32,000 nucleotides of DNA from Pasteurella multocida (GCF_900187275.1 NZ_LT906458.1:570001-602000); one strand, 5' to 3'; positions 1-11,399 are shown, counted from the first letter of the stretch. The notes: generated by a model not told the origin, from the letters alone. Numbers and translations are program-made.

Positions 1-390
1 AATCAAGAAAGGGCGTAAATAGAGGGTGGCACCAGTACCATAAGGCGCTAACCATGCTTGATTCGCTTTGACCACTTGTTTACAGGCATCAATAAACATG
101 TCTGTTGGCACTTCAGGCATCAATAAACGGCGACAACTGCGTTGCATACGTTCTGCATTTTGATCAGGGCGGAACAAGTTAATCGAACCGTCTTTACAGC
201 GATAAGCTTTGAGTCCTTCAAAGCATTGTTGCCCATAATGAAGTGCGGTTGAACCTTCACTAATATGCAGTACATTATCTTGTGTCAGCTCGCCTTTTGA
301 CCACTTTCCGTCTTTCCAATAAGCGATATAGCGATAATCTGTTTTAATATAGCCAAAGCCTAAATTTTTCCAATCAAGATCTTTTATCAT
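1..390 (-). CDS. ilvE: Branched-chain amino acid aminotransferase (N-terminal part, runs off left edge)
   Basis: Reverse-strand translation from ATG at 390: [82 protein letters not shown]..., open to base 1; upstream AAAGGA RBS. Confidence 0.93.
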   Translation of the reverse strand, partial: MIKDLDWKNLGFGYIKTDYRYIAYWKDGKWSKGELTQDNVLHISEGSTALHYGQQCFEGLKAYRCKDGSINLFRPDQNAERMQRSCRRLLMPEVPTDMFIDACKQVVKANQAWLAPYGTGATLYLRPFLI

Positions 391-555
391 TATTATGTCC
401 TTTTATTGTGTTTGGTGATGTTTTTAATCTACACCATTCTTCATGGCTTGCAAGTCTTTATCTGAAAAAAAGATTAAGATTAAAGAAAAAACGGAACAGC
501 AAATATTTAATCGGAACACAAGCAATGTGAGCAGGTCTATGTTAGAATCGAACAG

Positions 556-724
556 ATAAAAAAACACCGCTCGATAGAGCGGTGTTTAACCAAAAGGGTC
601 TAAAATAAATATACAGGAAGTGAAAATAAGTAACTTAAGATAAGTTACTCTGTTTGGTTTCCCAAACAATATGCAAACACAACATCATACTTAAGTCCGA
701 AACTCTTAACCAGTAAGGAATTAC
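556..724 (-). ncRNA. gcvB: GcvB-like Hfq-dependent small RNA (ends approximate)
   Basis: Divergent from gcvA as in E. coli. The reverse strand contains ATGATGTTGTGTTTGCATATTGTTTGGG (GU-rich seed) and TTTTCACTTCCTGTATATTTA (as in E. coli GcvB), and ends in the hairpin AAACACCGCTC-TATC-GAGCGGTGTTTTTTT. Confidence 0.85.
558..587 (-). terminator. Rho-independent terminator of the GcvB-like sRNA
   Basis: 11-bp perfect stem (562-572 / 577-587), 4-nt loop, T7 tract on the minus strand. Confidence 0.9.
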
Positions 725-861
725 CAATCATTAAGTATGCGCGCATTTTAGAGGGAAATAAGAGAGTGGACAATCGATATTTTTTTATATGAAGCATTAG
801 AAAAACTAATGTGAAGAAACACGCTATATTATAGATCAAAAAGTAAACATTGAGAAGAAAT

Positions 862-1743
862 ATGTATAAACGTTTGCCTCCCTTGAATTCATTGAAAGCA
901 TTTGAATCCGCCGCTAGGCATTTAAGTTTCACAAAAGCTGCAGAAGAATTATTTGTGACACAAGCAGCAATCAGCCATCAAATAAAATTATTAGAAGATT
1001 TTTTAGGTATAACCTTATTCAAACGTAAAAATCGATCGCTGGAATTAACCGAATTAGGCAAAGCTTACTTCACGGATGTGAATAAAATTTTACGGCGATT
1101 GGTAGAAGCAACAGAGAAATTATTAGCCCAGAAAAATGATAAGCACTTAACGATTAGTGTCCCGCAGACCTTTGGTATGCAATGGTTAGTACCACATTTA
1201 AGTGAGTTTAATCAACGCTATCCGGAGATTGAAGTACGCTTAAAAGGGGTAGATCAGGATGAAGGGGTTTTAAATAAAGATATTGATATTGCTATTTATT
1301 ATGGGCAAGGAAACTGGGATAATCTGCAGGTTGAAAAGTTAGTGGAAGAAAATCTTCTTATTCTCGCTTCACCAAAACTCTTAGCGCACAATCCTATTCA
1401 CAGCAAAGAAGATTTGAAACATCATACCCTGATTCATATCCATACCCGTGATAATTGGCAGAACATGGCAAATTTTTTACAGTTAGAAGATTTAAATATT
1501 CAGCAAGGTCCCTTGTTTAGCCATACTTTTATGGCGTTGCAAGCCGCAATTCATGGTCAGGGGTTGGTTTTGGCGAATCGTTTGTTAGCCCAACAGGAAA
1601 TTGATCATGGTCACTTACAAATTGTGTTACCGACCAATTTACATGATCCTAAATCTTTTTATGTGGTGAATCATTTTGATGTAAATGATGAACGTATCCA
1701 AGCATTTCGCGCTTGGATCATTGAAACAATGAAACAAAAATAA
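862..1743 (+). CDS. gcvA: LysR-family transcriptional regulator GcvA
   Basis: [55 protein letters not shown]; ATG at 862 preferred over TTG at 850; adjacent GcvB-like RNA supports the call. Confidence 0.9.
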   Translation: MYKRLPPLNSLKAFESAARHLSFTKAAEELFVTQAAISHQIKLLEDFLGITLFKRKNRSLELTELGKAYFTDVNKILRRLVEATEKLLAQKNDKHLTISVPQTFGMQWLVPHLSEFNQRYPEIEVRLKGVDQDEGVLNKDIDIAIYYGQGNWDNLQVEKLVEENLLILASPKLLAHNPIHSKEDLKHHTLIHIHTRDNWQNMANFLQLEDLNIQQGPLFSHTFMALQAAIHGQGLVLANRLLAQQEIDHGHLQIVLPTNLHDPKSFYVVNHFDVNDERIQAFRAWIIETMKQK

Positions 1744-2840
1744 TGAATAAATTAGTATTATATTGCCGTCCTGGCTTTGAAAAAGAACTTGCCGCTGAAA
1801 TCAGTGAAAAAGCGGCTGAACTGGGCATATTTGGTTTTGCCAGAGTAGAGGAAAATCAAGGCTATGTGATTTTTGAATGTTACCAAACCGACGATGCCGA
1901 TCGCCTAGCGCGTGAAATTCCTTTTAATCAACTGATTTTTGCCCGCCAAATGATCGTCGTATCTGACCTTTTAGCCGATCTCCCAGTTCAAGATCGCATT
2001 AGTCCGATTATTCAGCAATACCAAGCGATAGCCCATCGAATCAATTTAACATACAGCACCGAATTACTTGTTGAAACAGCCGATACGAATGAGGCAAAAT
2101 CACTGTCTGCTTTTTGTCGCAAATTTACCGTGCCATTACGCCAAGCCCTAAAAAAACAAGGTTGGTTACAGGGGACTCGACATCATAAACAAGGGCTGAC
2201 ATTACATATTCTGATGTTAGATTCAACTCAATGTTATGTGGGGTATTCTTATAATCATAATCATTCTGAGCATTTTATGGGGATTCCGCGTTTGAAATTT
2301 CCGCTAGATGCGCCAAGCCGTTCAACGTTAAAATTAGAAGAAGCCATTCTGACTTTCCTGTCTAGGGAAGAAGAAAAGAAACGTTTGAATGAGCAAATGT
2401 ATGCTGTGGATTTGGGCGCTTGCCCCGGTGGTTGGACATATCAGCTCGTCAAGCGTGGATTATTTGTTTATGCGGTCGATCACGGCAAAATGGCGGCGAG
2501 CTTACACGATACCGGACGTATTGAGCATTGCGCGGAAGATGGCTTTAAATTTCAACCACCGAAACGCAGCAAAATTGATTGGTTGGTCTGTGATATGGTG
2601 GAACAACCTAGCCGAATCAGCCAATTAATCCTCAAGTGGTTAGTGAATGGCTGGTGCCATGAAACGATTTTTAATTTGAAATTGCCGATGAAAAAACGCT
2701 ATCTTGAAGTGAAAAAATGTTTGCAGATGATCGAGGAAAGCTTAGAAAAACAGGGATTCCGTTACCATATTCAAGCGAAACATTTATATCATGATAGAGA
2801 AGAAATTACGGTGCATATTGCCGTCAAAGCGTTGGACTAA
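1743..2840 (+). CDS. rlmM: 23S rRNA (cytidine-2498-2'-O)-methyltransferase RlmM
   Basis: 365 aa with RlmM-like N-terminus and SAM-binding segment [27 protein letters not shown]; 1-nt overlap with gcvA stop (TAATG). Confidence 0.9.
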   Translation: MNKLVLYCRPGFEKELAAEISEKAAELGIFGFARVEENQGYVIFECYQTDDADRLAREIPFNQLIFARQMIVVSDLLADLPVQDRISPIIQQYQAIAHRINLTYSTELLVETADTNEAKSLSAFCRKFTVPLRQALKKQGWLQGTRHHKQGLTLHILMLDSTQCYVGYSYNHNHSEHFMGIPRLKFPLDAPSRSTLKLEEAILTFLSREEEKKRLNEQMYAVDLGACPGGWTYQLVKRGLFVYAVDHGKMAASLHDTGRIEHCAEDGFKFQPPKRSKIDWLVCDMVEQPSRISQLILKWLVNGWCHETIFNLKLPMKKRYLEVKKCLQMIEESLEKQGFRYHIQAKHLYHDREEITVHIAVKALD

Positions 2841-2853
2841 CTGATGGATGAAC

Positions 2854-2890
2854 AACACACCGCCTTGATAAAGTGCGGTGTGTTTTTTTG
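2854..2890 (+). terminator. Rho-independent terminator after rlmM; 3' arm contains a DNA uptake signal
   Basis: AACACACCGC (2854-2863) pairs with GCGGTGTGTT (2875-2884), followed by a T-rich tract; AAGTGCGGT at 2871-2879. Confidence 0.8.
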
Positions 2891-2922
2891 ATTTTTTTAT
2901 GTAAAAGGTAGGGGAGAGGACA

Positions 2923-3786
2923 CTACTGATTGCCTGTTTTTAAATAGCTTTTTAAGGTTTGTTCAATTTCATAGATCCAATCTAATTCATATTGTGTAAA
3001 ACCCGCTTGTAAACGTGCATCTGTATTAATGACACCTTTGAAAATCACAATACGATATTTACGCAGTAATTCAGCAAAAGATTGCATCGCATCTAGTCCG
3101 CGTTTCTCTGACAGGGCATGATACCAGTGATTACCAATGCCAACATGCCCGATCTCATCACGTAAAATCACATCAAGAATTTCCACTGCTGCAAAATCTT
3201 TCCGTTGACGGATTTTATCTTGTAACACTGGTGTGGCATCCAAACCTCGCGCTTCAAGAACACGCGGAACGAGTGCCATACGTTCCCAAATATCATGTGC
3301 GGTCGCTTGTGCCATTTCCCATAAACCCGCATGTGCCTCAAAATCACCGTACTGATAGCCTAAGCTTTTCAAATGTTGATTGAGCAAACTAAAGTGGGTA
3401 CTTTCCTCACGCGCTACCCGTAGCCAATCCTTAACAAATGCCATGCCTTGATTCAGTTCTTGTTGTGCACAGCGACCAAAACGCCAAGCCGCATCCAGTC
3501 CAAGATTAATCGCATTAAATTCAATGTGTGCAATGGCATGTAACGTGGCAGCATACCCTTCCTCTGTGGCAAAAGCCCGTTTGGGCACGTCTTTCGGCGC
3601 GACACAAAGGGGTCTAGTTGGAAAACCAGCGATATCTTGTGTGGCATTGACCTCAGGAAAATCTGATATACAAGAGAATTGCACTTGAGGCAGTAATTCA
3701 TCATATAAATGATTGACGAGTGCACATTTCTCTTCTGGGCGTGTTTCAGTTAATGCTTCTGTGATGGCATGCCAAAGTGCGGTCAT
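2923..3786 (-). CDS. DUF455 family ferritin-like protein
   Basis: 287 aa with HIEFNAINLGLDAAWRF, REESTHFSLL and RDEIGHVGIGNHWY motifs typical of the ferritin-like DUF455 family; 4-nt overlap with tesB. Confidence 0.8.
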   Translation of the reverse strand: MTALWHAITEALTETRPEEKCALVNHLYDELLPQVQFSCISDFPEVNATQDIAGFPTRPLCVAPKDVPKRAFATEEGYAATLHAIAHIEFNAINLGLDAAWRFGRCAQQELNQGMAFVKDWLRVAREESTHFSLLNQHLKSLGYQYGDFEAHAGLWEMAQATAHDIWERMALVPRVLEARGLDATPVLQDKIRQRKDFAAVEILDVILRDEIGHVGIGNHWYHALSEKRGLDAMQSFAELLRKYRIVIFKGVINTDARLQAGFTQYELDWIYEIEQTLKSYLKTGNQ

Positions 3787-4661
3787 TTTTCACCTCCTTT
3801 TTCAGGTGTATAACGAATTAAGCCTTCTTGCTGCGTCGTAGCAATTAAACGACCTTGGCGGTCAAAAATTTGCCCTCGTGCCAAACCACGTGCAGCAAAA
3901 GCATTATTGCTTTCAATGGCATAGAGCAACCAATCATTTAAATCAAAAGGACGGTGGAACCAAATAGAATGATCAATTGTGGCTACTTTCATCCCCGGTT
4001 GTAAAAAGCCTTTTTGGTGGGGATGAAGTGCGGTTAATAAACAATGAAAATCGGAAAAATAAGCCAGTAAACATTGTTGGATTTTGTGATCTTGTGGTGC
4101 ATGACCATTGGCTTTTACCCAAGCAAATTGTTCTGCGGGTAGTTGGCTGCCATGAAAGGGATTGTTGATATATTTGGTGCGGATATCAAAAGGGCGCTCT
4201 GCGGTGAATTTGGCACGAATGGCTTCGGGAATATGAGGTGCCAGTTTTTGAATAATCACACTTTCTGCGATCAATTGATCGGGGGATTCTACATCCGGCA
4301 TTTTACTTTGATGATCAAACCCTTGCTCTGCTTTTTGGAAAGAGGCGGTAATATGGCAAATCGGCTCATTGTGTTGAATCGCTTTGACGCGTAAAGCAGT
4401 AAAATTACGTCCTTCGCGCAAGGTTTCCACATCATAAATAATCCCATGTTGACTATCGCCCGGCGAAAGAAAATAAGCATGGCAAGAGTGCAAAACACGA
4501 TCCGGCGGGGCGACCTGTATTGCCGCGGATAAGGCTTGTGCGACGACTTGACCACCAAATACTTGGCGTAAACCTAAATCTTCACTTTTGCCACGAAAAA
4601 GGAAATCATCGAGGCGTTCAAGTTGTAATAAGGCAATTAAATTATTCAGGACATTCGACAT
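3783..4661 (-). CDS. tesB: Acyl-CoA thioesterase II
   Basis: MSNVLNNLIALLQLERLDDFLFRGKSEDLGLRQVFGGQVVAQAL... and DHSIWFHRPF; start at 4661 preferred over the longer ORF start at 4763. Confidence 0.9.
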   Translation of the reverse strand: MSNVLNNLIALLQLERLDDFLFRGKSEDLGLRQVFGGQVVAQALSAAIQVAPPDRVLHSCHAYFLSPGDSQHGIIYDVETLREGRNFTALRVKAIQHNEPICHITASFQKAEQGFDHQSKMPDVESPDQLIAESVIIQKLAPHIPEAIRAKFTAERPFDIRTKYINNPFHGSQLPAEQFAWVKANGHAPQDHKIQQCLLAYFSDFHCLLTALHPHQKGFLQPGMKVATIDHSIWFHRPFDLNDWLLYAIESNNAFAARGLARGQIFDRQGRLIATTQQEGLIRYTPEKGGEK

Positions 4662-4842
4662 ATTTTGTTCCTTATTGTGAATAGGGTATAGAATACGAGA
4701 ACGGTTTTTGTTTAGAAAACCGCTAAACGTTATAAAATATAAGCAATCCCACGGAAATCGCACATCAATGTTTGCAATATCTCAAATCTTGTTGCATAAT
4801 ACGCGACCTAATCACTTGACGAAAGCACAGTGATTATCCTAT

Positions 4843-4955
4843 GGAAACCTTCTCGGTTCCTCGCAATGGTGTCTGGTTTACCCGGTCAGGTTCGGAAGAA
4901 AGCAGCCAAAGTCAGAATTTCTGTGTGCCGAGATCAAGCTGGGAAGGTTTCCACC
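4843..4955 (+). ncRNA. ffs: 4.5S / bacterial small SRP RNA
   Basis: GGTCAGGTTCGGAAGAAAGCAGCC core (4.5S conserved apical loop) flanked by complementary ends GGAAACCTT ... AAGGTTTCC. Confidence 0.92.
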
Positions 4956-4975
4956 CAACGCTATCCTTCTCTTCC

Positions 4976-6706
4976 TTAAATCCGTTCAATCAACTGTCTA
5001 AAATAACCTTGTTCTAACTGGCTGAGCTCGTGATAATTGCCTTGTTCAATTAATGTTGCTTCATCAATCATACAAAGCAAATCAAATTGATCAATAAAGG
5101 TTAATCGATGAGTAACCATTAAAAGAGTTTTGCCTTGCGCGTGCGCTAAAATTAGACGTAAAATTTGGCGTTCAGTTTCACGATCTAGCCCTTCTGTGGG
5201 TTCGTCTAATAAAAGAATAGGGGCGTTATTTAATAATACACGTGCCAAGCCTAAACGACGTTGTTCTCCACCAGAAAGCGGACGACCGCCGTCGCCAAGC
5301 CAGCTATCAAGCCCTTCATCTTGAGTAAGCAATTTTTCTAGTCCGACTTGCTGTAATACCGCGATCATTTTTTCATCGTCGATCAGATTTGCGTTCGCTA
5401 TTTGCAAATTATTGCGCAAGGTGTCACTAAAGACATGAACACGTTGGGTCAAAAAGCAAATTTGCTCACGTAATGCTTGTTCACTGTAGTGTTGGATAGG
5501 TTTGCCTGCAAGTCGTAAGTTACCTTGTTCTGCATCATAATTACGTACTAAAAGTTGTAAAAGAGTTGATTTACCACTCCCGGTTTTACCTAAAATCGCG
5601 ACTTTTTGTCCACTTAAAATCCTTAAATTAAGGCGATTGAGCGCAAGATTGTCGCGTGTAGGATAACGGAACGACAGATTTTCTGCCTCAATTAAAGGTT
5701 GTTCTGTTTGTTCAAATTGTTCATTTCCATCAAAGCTCACTAATGCCTTTTGTGCAATGATATCATTGACATTTTCCGCTGAAGCAATCACCTGTCCAAT
5801 ATGCAAAAACGCAGCACCAATGGGCATTAAAATTTCAAAAGAAGCCAGTGCCGAAAAGGTAAACAATGCCATCAGTGCGGCTTTATAGGTTCCATTGCCA
5901 AGATCGGCTTCTGCAGCAAACCATAAAGTCGCTGACAAAATAAACCCATTTACTAGTAATAAAATTGCACTGGAAAGCCCTGCTAAATTGGCTTCTTTTT
6001 GTTGATACGCTTGCCATGCTTGTTCTGTTTGGTTGAGTTTTTGTTGGTGTTGTGTGCTTGCGTTAAATAACAATAATTCTGCTTGGGCTTGAATAAATTC
6101 AACAAATTGCGTGCGATAAGTGGCACGTGAGCTAATTAATTTCTCACCAAACTTTGTGCCTAAATGATAAAAAACAGTAGGGATAATCAATAAAAAACAG
6201 AGTAAGGTTAAACCAATAAACAGTGCTAACGGGACATGAATAAAGCTTAATCCGAATGTAATCAAACCGATCACGACAATGGCGCTGATAAAGGGGGCAA
6301 TTAAACGCAAATATAAGCTATCTAGCGTATCTACATCTGCCACTAAACGATTTAATAAATCACTGTTGCGATAACGGTTAAGTACCGCGGGACTGAGGGG
6401 AATGATGCGACGAAAAACTTGTACACGCAATTTGGCTAATACACGGAAAGTGGCATCATGGGTCACCACTTTTTCAAAATAGCGTGCTACGGTACGTCCA
6501 ATTGCAAGTCCACGTACACCAGCGGAAGGGTAGAAGAAATTAAATAATGTCCCCACACCAGCAATTGCCGTTGCAGCTAAAAACCAACCGGATAGGGTGA
6601 GCAAACCAATACTGGCGGCTAAGCCAGTAATCATTAATAGGACGCCGAGAAATAGCGTCAACTTAGCATGTTTAAAAAGACGTAAAAAAGGGAAGAGTGC
6701 ACGCAT
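4976..6706 (-). CDS. cydC: Heterodimeric ABC transporter CydDC, subunit CydC
   Basis: 576 aa ABC exporter: GKTGSGKSTLLQLL Walker A, LSGGEQRRLGLARVLLNNAPILLLDEPTEGLD; paired with cydD. Confidence 0.93.
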   Translation of the reverse strand: MRALFPFLRLFKHAKLTLFLGVLLMITGLAASIGLLTLSGWFLAATAIAGVGTLFNFFYPSAGVRGLAIGRTVARYFEKVVTHDATFRVLAKLRVQVFRRIIPLSPAVLNRYRNSDLLNRLVADVDTLDSLYLRLIAPFISAIVVIGLITFGLSFIHVPLALFIGLTLLCFLLIIPTVFYHLGTKFGEKLISSRATYRTQFVEFIQAQAELLLFNASTQHQQKLNQTEQAWQAYQQKEANLAGLSSAILLLVNGFILSATLWFAAEADLGNGTYKAALMALFTFSALASFEILMPIGAAFLHIGQVIASAENVNDIIAQKALVSFDGNEQFEQTEQPLIEAENLSFRYPTRDNLALNRLNLRILSGQKVAILGKTGSGKSTLLQLLVRNYDAEQGNLRLAGKPIQHYSEQALREQICFLTQRVHVFSDTLRNNLQIANANLIDDEKMIAVLQQVGLEKLLTQDEGLDSWLGDGGRPLSGGEQRRLGLARVLLNNAPILLLDEPTEGLDRETERQILRLILAHAQGKTLLMVTHRLTFIDQFDLLCMIDEATLIEQGNYHELSQLEQGYFRQLIERI

Positions 6707-8469
6707 TAATTTACATCCTGTTTTCGTTGGGTCAATAATTCAGCAAAGAACCCCGTATTTTTTAATTGTTCAAAATGCCCTTGTTGAACAATTGCACCTT
6801 GTTGCATGACTAAAATCGTGTCACATTGTTTTAAATCTTCAATACGATGCGTAATCATCAAAGTGGTTTGTTGCTGACTCATGTGTTGTAAAGCTTGCAA
6901 AACGAGATTTTCAGACTGTGCGTCTAAACTGGCAGTTGGTTCATCGAGTAAAAGTAAATGACCTTGACGCAGCAAGGCGCGAGCAATCGCTAAACGTTGC
7001 GCTTGTCCCACAGAAACACCAAGCCCACCATCCTTAATTTCGCTGTTTAGTCCCAGTTTATCTGTGAATTCTTTGGCTTGTGCTAAACACAAAGCCTGAT
7101 CAATTTGTGCGTCTGTTGCCTCAATATCGCCTAATAAGAGATTTTCTTTGATGCTTCCTTGTAATAACAGCGGGTTTTGTCCTACCCAAGCAATATGTTT
7201 ACGCCATTGTGTAATATTCATCTCTTTGAGTTCAATACCATTGATTTTTAAGCTTCCTTGATAGGCTAGAAAGCCGAGAATTGCGTTGAATAAGGACGTT
7301 TTTCCTGCACCACTTTGTCCAACAATAGCCGTGTGGCTTCCTGCAGGTAACGAAAAATTGAGGGCTTGAGTTAATGGCTTTCCTTGTGGCGAGAGAATCA
7401 CAAGGTTTTCTGCGCAGATTTCCACCGCACTTTCGATATGGGGATTCTGTTGTGCTGTTGACTGTGCCGTTGTGTGATTGGCTTCTAAGAAGTCGACAAT
7501 CACGTCCGCTGCGCCAATTCCAGCGGCACGATCATGGTAATATGTGCCGAGATCACGCAAGGGTTGGTAAAACTCTGGCGCTAAAATTAAACAAAAGAAA
7601 CCAACAAATAAGGTAAGAGGGGCATCATAGGTACCAAAGTTTAATTCACCTAAATAACTGAATCCAAAATATACCGCCATTAGCGCAATTGAAATGGAAG
7701 TAAAAAACTCTAAGACGGCAGAGGAAAGAAATGCCATCTTTAATACGTCCATCGTTGTTTCGCGAAAATCTTCGGTATTTTTTTCGATATGTTGTGTTTG
7801 TTCTTCAGTGCGATTAAAGAGACGTAGGGTTTCTAAACCGCGTAAACGGTCTAAAAATTGTCCGCTCAGTTTGGCTAAGGTCGCCATATTTTTCTGACTA
7901 CTGTCTGCCGCCGCAATCCCAACTAAAATCATAAAAATCGGGATGAGTGGCGCGGTGATCATGAGAACTAAACCTGCCGCCCAGTTTAAGGGAAAAATCG
8001 CGATTAAAATGACAACGGGGACAATGGCAGACAGTGCCTGTTGGGGTAAATAGCGCGCATAGTAATTATGGAGGTTTTCCACTTGCTCTAACATAATGGT
8101 CGCCCAGCTCCCCGCGGGTTTATTGTTAATGGTGGCGGGACCGACTTGATGGATTTTGTCTAAGATCTTCTGACGCAAAATATTGCGTAAAATTCGACCG
8201 CACTTAAAGCCAATTTGTTCACGTACCCATAAAATGATAGCACGTAGAGCAAAGCCAATAACTAAGCCAATAAAAGAAGGGAGTAATTCATGCCTTGCTG
8301 TATTGAGCATGATCAAGTGATGGAGAAGATTCGCTAAAAAGTAGGTATTTATCACTAAGATCACCGAAGATACCGAAGCCAGCATAATATTAAGATTTAA
8401 TAGTCTTCTGATGGGTTTCTGTTGTGACCAAAGCCATTTTTGTAAATATTTTTGGCGAGATTTTTCCAT
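6706..8469 (-). CDS. cydD: Heterodimeric ABC transporter CydDC, subunit CydD
   Basis: 587 aa: GQSGAGKTSLFNAILG, VSVGQAQRLAIARALLRQGHLLLLDEPTASLD; 1-nt overlap with cydC. Confidence 0.93.
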   Translation of the reverse strand: MEKSRQKYLQKWLWSQQKPIRRLLNLNIMLASVSSVILVINTYFLANLLHHLIMLNTARHELLPSFIGLVIGFALRAIILWVREQIGFKCGRILRNILRQKILDKIHQVGPATINNKPAGSWATIMLEQVENLHNYYARYLPQQALSAIVPVVILIAIFPLNWAAGLVLMITAPLIPIFMILVGIAAADSSQKNMATLAKLSGQFLDRLRGLETLRLFNRTEEQTQHIEKNTEDFRETTMDVLKMAFLSSAVLEFFTSISIALMAVYFGFSYLGELNFGTYDAPLTLFVGFFCLILAPEFYQPLRDLGTYYHDRAAGIGAADVIVDFLEANHTTAQSTAQQNPHIESAVEICAENLVILSPQGKPLTQALNFSLPAGSHTAIVGQSGAGKTSLFNAILGFLAYQGSLKINGIELKEMNITQWRKHIAWVGQNPLLLQGSIKENLLLGDIEATDAQIDQALCLAQAKEFTDKLGLNSEIKDGGLGVSVGQAQRLAIARALLRQGHLLLLDEPTASLDAQSENLVLQALQHMSQQQTTLMITHRIEDLKQCDTILVMQQGAIVQQGHFEQLKNTGFFAELLTQRKQDVN

Positions 8470-8497
8470 AACTGTCCGATTATTGATTCCGTAAGCG

Positions 8498-8538
8498 AAA
8501 AAAAATTATTCGCCCAAAGGCGAGATTGGACGAATAAT
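8498..8538 (-). terminator. Candidate rho-independent terminator between trxB and cydD
   Basis: Minus strand ATTATTCG - 18 nt - CGAATAAT followed by TTTTTT. Confidence 0.6.
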
Positions 8539-8554
8539 ATAAAACAATAAAATG

Positions 8555-9556
<1,002 letters not shown>

Positions 9557-9589
9557 TCAGAGAGGGCAATCTATCACTAATCTTGCCTA

Positions 9590-10447
9590 TTAATATAATA
9601 GAGAATAGAGTAAACGACGGTATTTATTGCTAACGGGATCATTTTGTCCGATCGCCGTTAACATGGCTAAAAATTGTTGTTTGATTTCTCCGTTCTCCGC
9701 ATTGAGATCGCGCTTTAAAAAGTCAAATAGAAGGCTTAGTGCTTCTTCATTGCGATTGGCTTGGTGTAATTGTAAAGCAAGTTTCAAAGCAATTTGAGGA
9801 GAGGGATTTTTCGCAAACTCACTCTGCAAGTGCTGAATCTCAGGGGTATCTGCCGCTTGAATCAGTAATTCAATTTGGGCTTGTAATCCTTGCCAACGGT
9901 TATCACGATCTTGTAATGGGATTTGATTTAAAATGTCTTGCGCTGGCTCGACTTTCTTCATCGCAATATAGGTTTCAGCATAAAGTAAGGCTATATCACT
10001 GTTTTTTTTCGCTGACAGTTCCCAAGCTTCTTTGAGGAGAGGAAGGGCTTGTTCAAAGTTTTCTGCTTCAAGCCATTCAAGCGCTTGCATAAATTTTATT
10101 TCGTCTTCTTTCGGTAGAATCAGTGCTAAGCGTTGTTGTAAGGCTTGCTCATCTAAAATACCAGGAAAAGCATCTAGCGCTTGTGCTTCTTTAAATAAAT
10201 AGGTAGTTGGTAAGGTTTGAATACGGAATTGTGCCGCAACCATTTGTTCTGTTTCACAATTGACTTTCGCAAGGATAAATTGCCCTTGATATTGTTCCGC
10301 GTAACGTTCTAACAATGCCATAAACGCCACAGAAGGTTGATGACTTGGTGCGTAAAACGTTAAGACCAACGGGATTTGTTGTGATTGTTGTAAAATTTCA
10401 GTGAGGTTTTGTGCATTCACTTCAACGAGATGGGGAGACGTTAACAT
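9590..10447 (-). CDS. cnoX: Thioredoxin-fold/TPR co-chaperone CnoX (YbbN)-like
   Basis: 285 aa colinear with YbbN: GQFILAKVNCETEQMVAAQFRIQTLPTTYLF, NRNEEALSLLFDFLKRDL, C-terminus SNKYRRLLYSLLY. Confidence 0.85.
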   Translation of the reverse strand: MLTSPHLVEVNAQNLTEILQQSQQIPLVLTFYAPSHQPSVAFMALLERYAEQYQGQFILAKVNCETEQMVAAQFRIQTLPTTYLFKEAQALDAFPGILDEQALQQRLALILPKEDEIKFMQALEWLEAENFEQALPLLKEAWELSAKKNSDIALLYAETYIAMKKVEPAQDILNQIPLQDRDNRWQGLQAQIELLIQAADTPEIQHLQSEFAKNPSPQIALKLALQLHQANRNEEALSLLFDFLKRDLNAENGEIKQQFLAMLTAIGQNDPVSNKYRRLLYSLLY

Positions 10448-10578
10448 TCATCTTTTCCTATCATAAAGCGTTTCATCATGGCTAGCATTCTAGCAAAAAT
10501 TAGTTGAGGAAAATAGCGGTCTTGTTTTGCTTAAAAAACAACCCACCCCGTAGGGCACGGCTGTTTCTTTTTGAGAAA

Positions 10579-11268
10579 TTACGCTTCTTCATCTTGATCT
10601 TTTTTCAAGATCTCATCTTCATTGAGTTTTAAAAGACGGGCAATCGCATTGCGGTAGGAGATTTCAAGGCTTTCTCGACTAGTAGCAATGACACCTTGAT
10701 CGATTAAGAAACCGTCATTGACATCATAAACCCAACCATGTAATGAGAGTTTTTTCCCATTTTTCCACGCGGATTTAATGATTGACGAGCGACCTAAGTT
10801 ATAAACTTGCTCTGCGACGTTAATTTTCGTCAGCATATCAGCCCGTTTTTCAGGCGGTAAATTGCCAAGTAAATGACTATGCTTATACCAAATATCGCGT
10901 AAGTGGAGTAACCAGTTATTAATTAAACCTAAATCTTGATCCGCCATTGCGGCTTTAATTCCACCACAGTTTGTATGTCCACAAATAATAATGTGTTCAA
11001 TATTTAAGACCTCAACGGCATATTGCACAACAGATAAACAGTTTAAATCGGTGTGAATGACTTGATTTGCAACATTACGATGCACAAACAGCTCACCCGG
11101 TCCTAAATTTGTTAATTTTTCTGCAGGAACACGGCTATCCGAGCAACCAATCCAAAGATAGCTCGGGGTTTGATGATCAGCCAATTCTTTAAAGTAAGAG
11201 GAGTTTTCCTCTTTCATCCGTAACGCCCAGCTATAATTATTGGCAAAAAGTTGTTCAATTTTTTTCAT
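10579..11268 (-). CDS. can: Beta-class carbonic anhydrase
   Basis: Zn ligand motifs CSDSRVPAE and HTNCGG; 229 aa. Confidence 0.95.
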   Translation of the reverse strand: MKKIEQLFANNYSWALRMKEENSSYFKELADHQTPSYLWIGCSDSRVPAEKLTNLGPGELFVHRNVANQVIHTDLNCLSVVQYAVEVLNIEHIIICGHTNCGGIKAAMADQDLGLINNWLLHLRDIWYKHSHLLGNLPPEKRADMLTKINVAEQVYNLGRSSIIKSAWKNGKKLSLHGWVYDVNDGFLIDQGVIATSRESLEISYRNAIARLLKLNEDEILKKDQDEEA

Positions 11269-11399
11269 TAGAGTGATTCCTATACCGCAAAAATAAGGGG
11301 GCTAGTATAGCTTAGAAATAGACAGTGGGTAAAGAAAGGCAAAAAATTGTATAGGATAACTTGTTTTTTATTGCCATTTATTTAGAATTAGAATCTTTA

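Noticed and set aside
645-932. 95-aa minus-strand ORF in the ORF track
   Set aside because: Lies over the GcvB-like sRNA promoter region and the antisense of the gcvA start; hydrophobic low-complexity translation with no family resemblance. Best explained as chance.
3453-4558. Short ORFs antisense or out-of-frame to the DUF455/tesB genes
   Set aside because: Fully contained in strongly supported genes, no domain-like sequence.
10533-10572. GC-rich imperfect inverted repeat after can (ACAACCCACCCCGTAGGGCACGGCTGT)
   Set aside because: Could be the can terminator on the minus strand, but the stem has three central mismatches; not strong enough to list as a feature.
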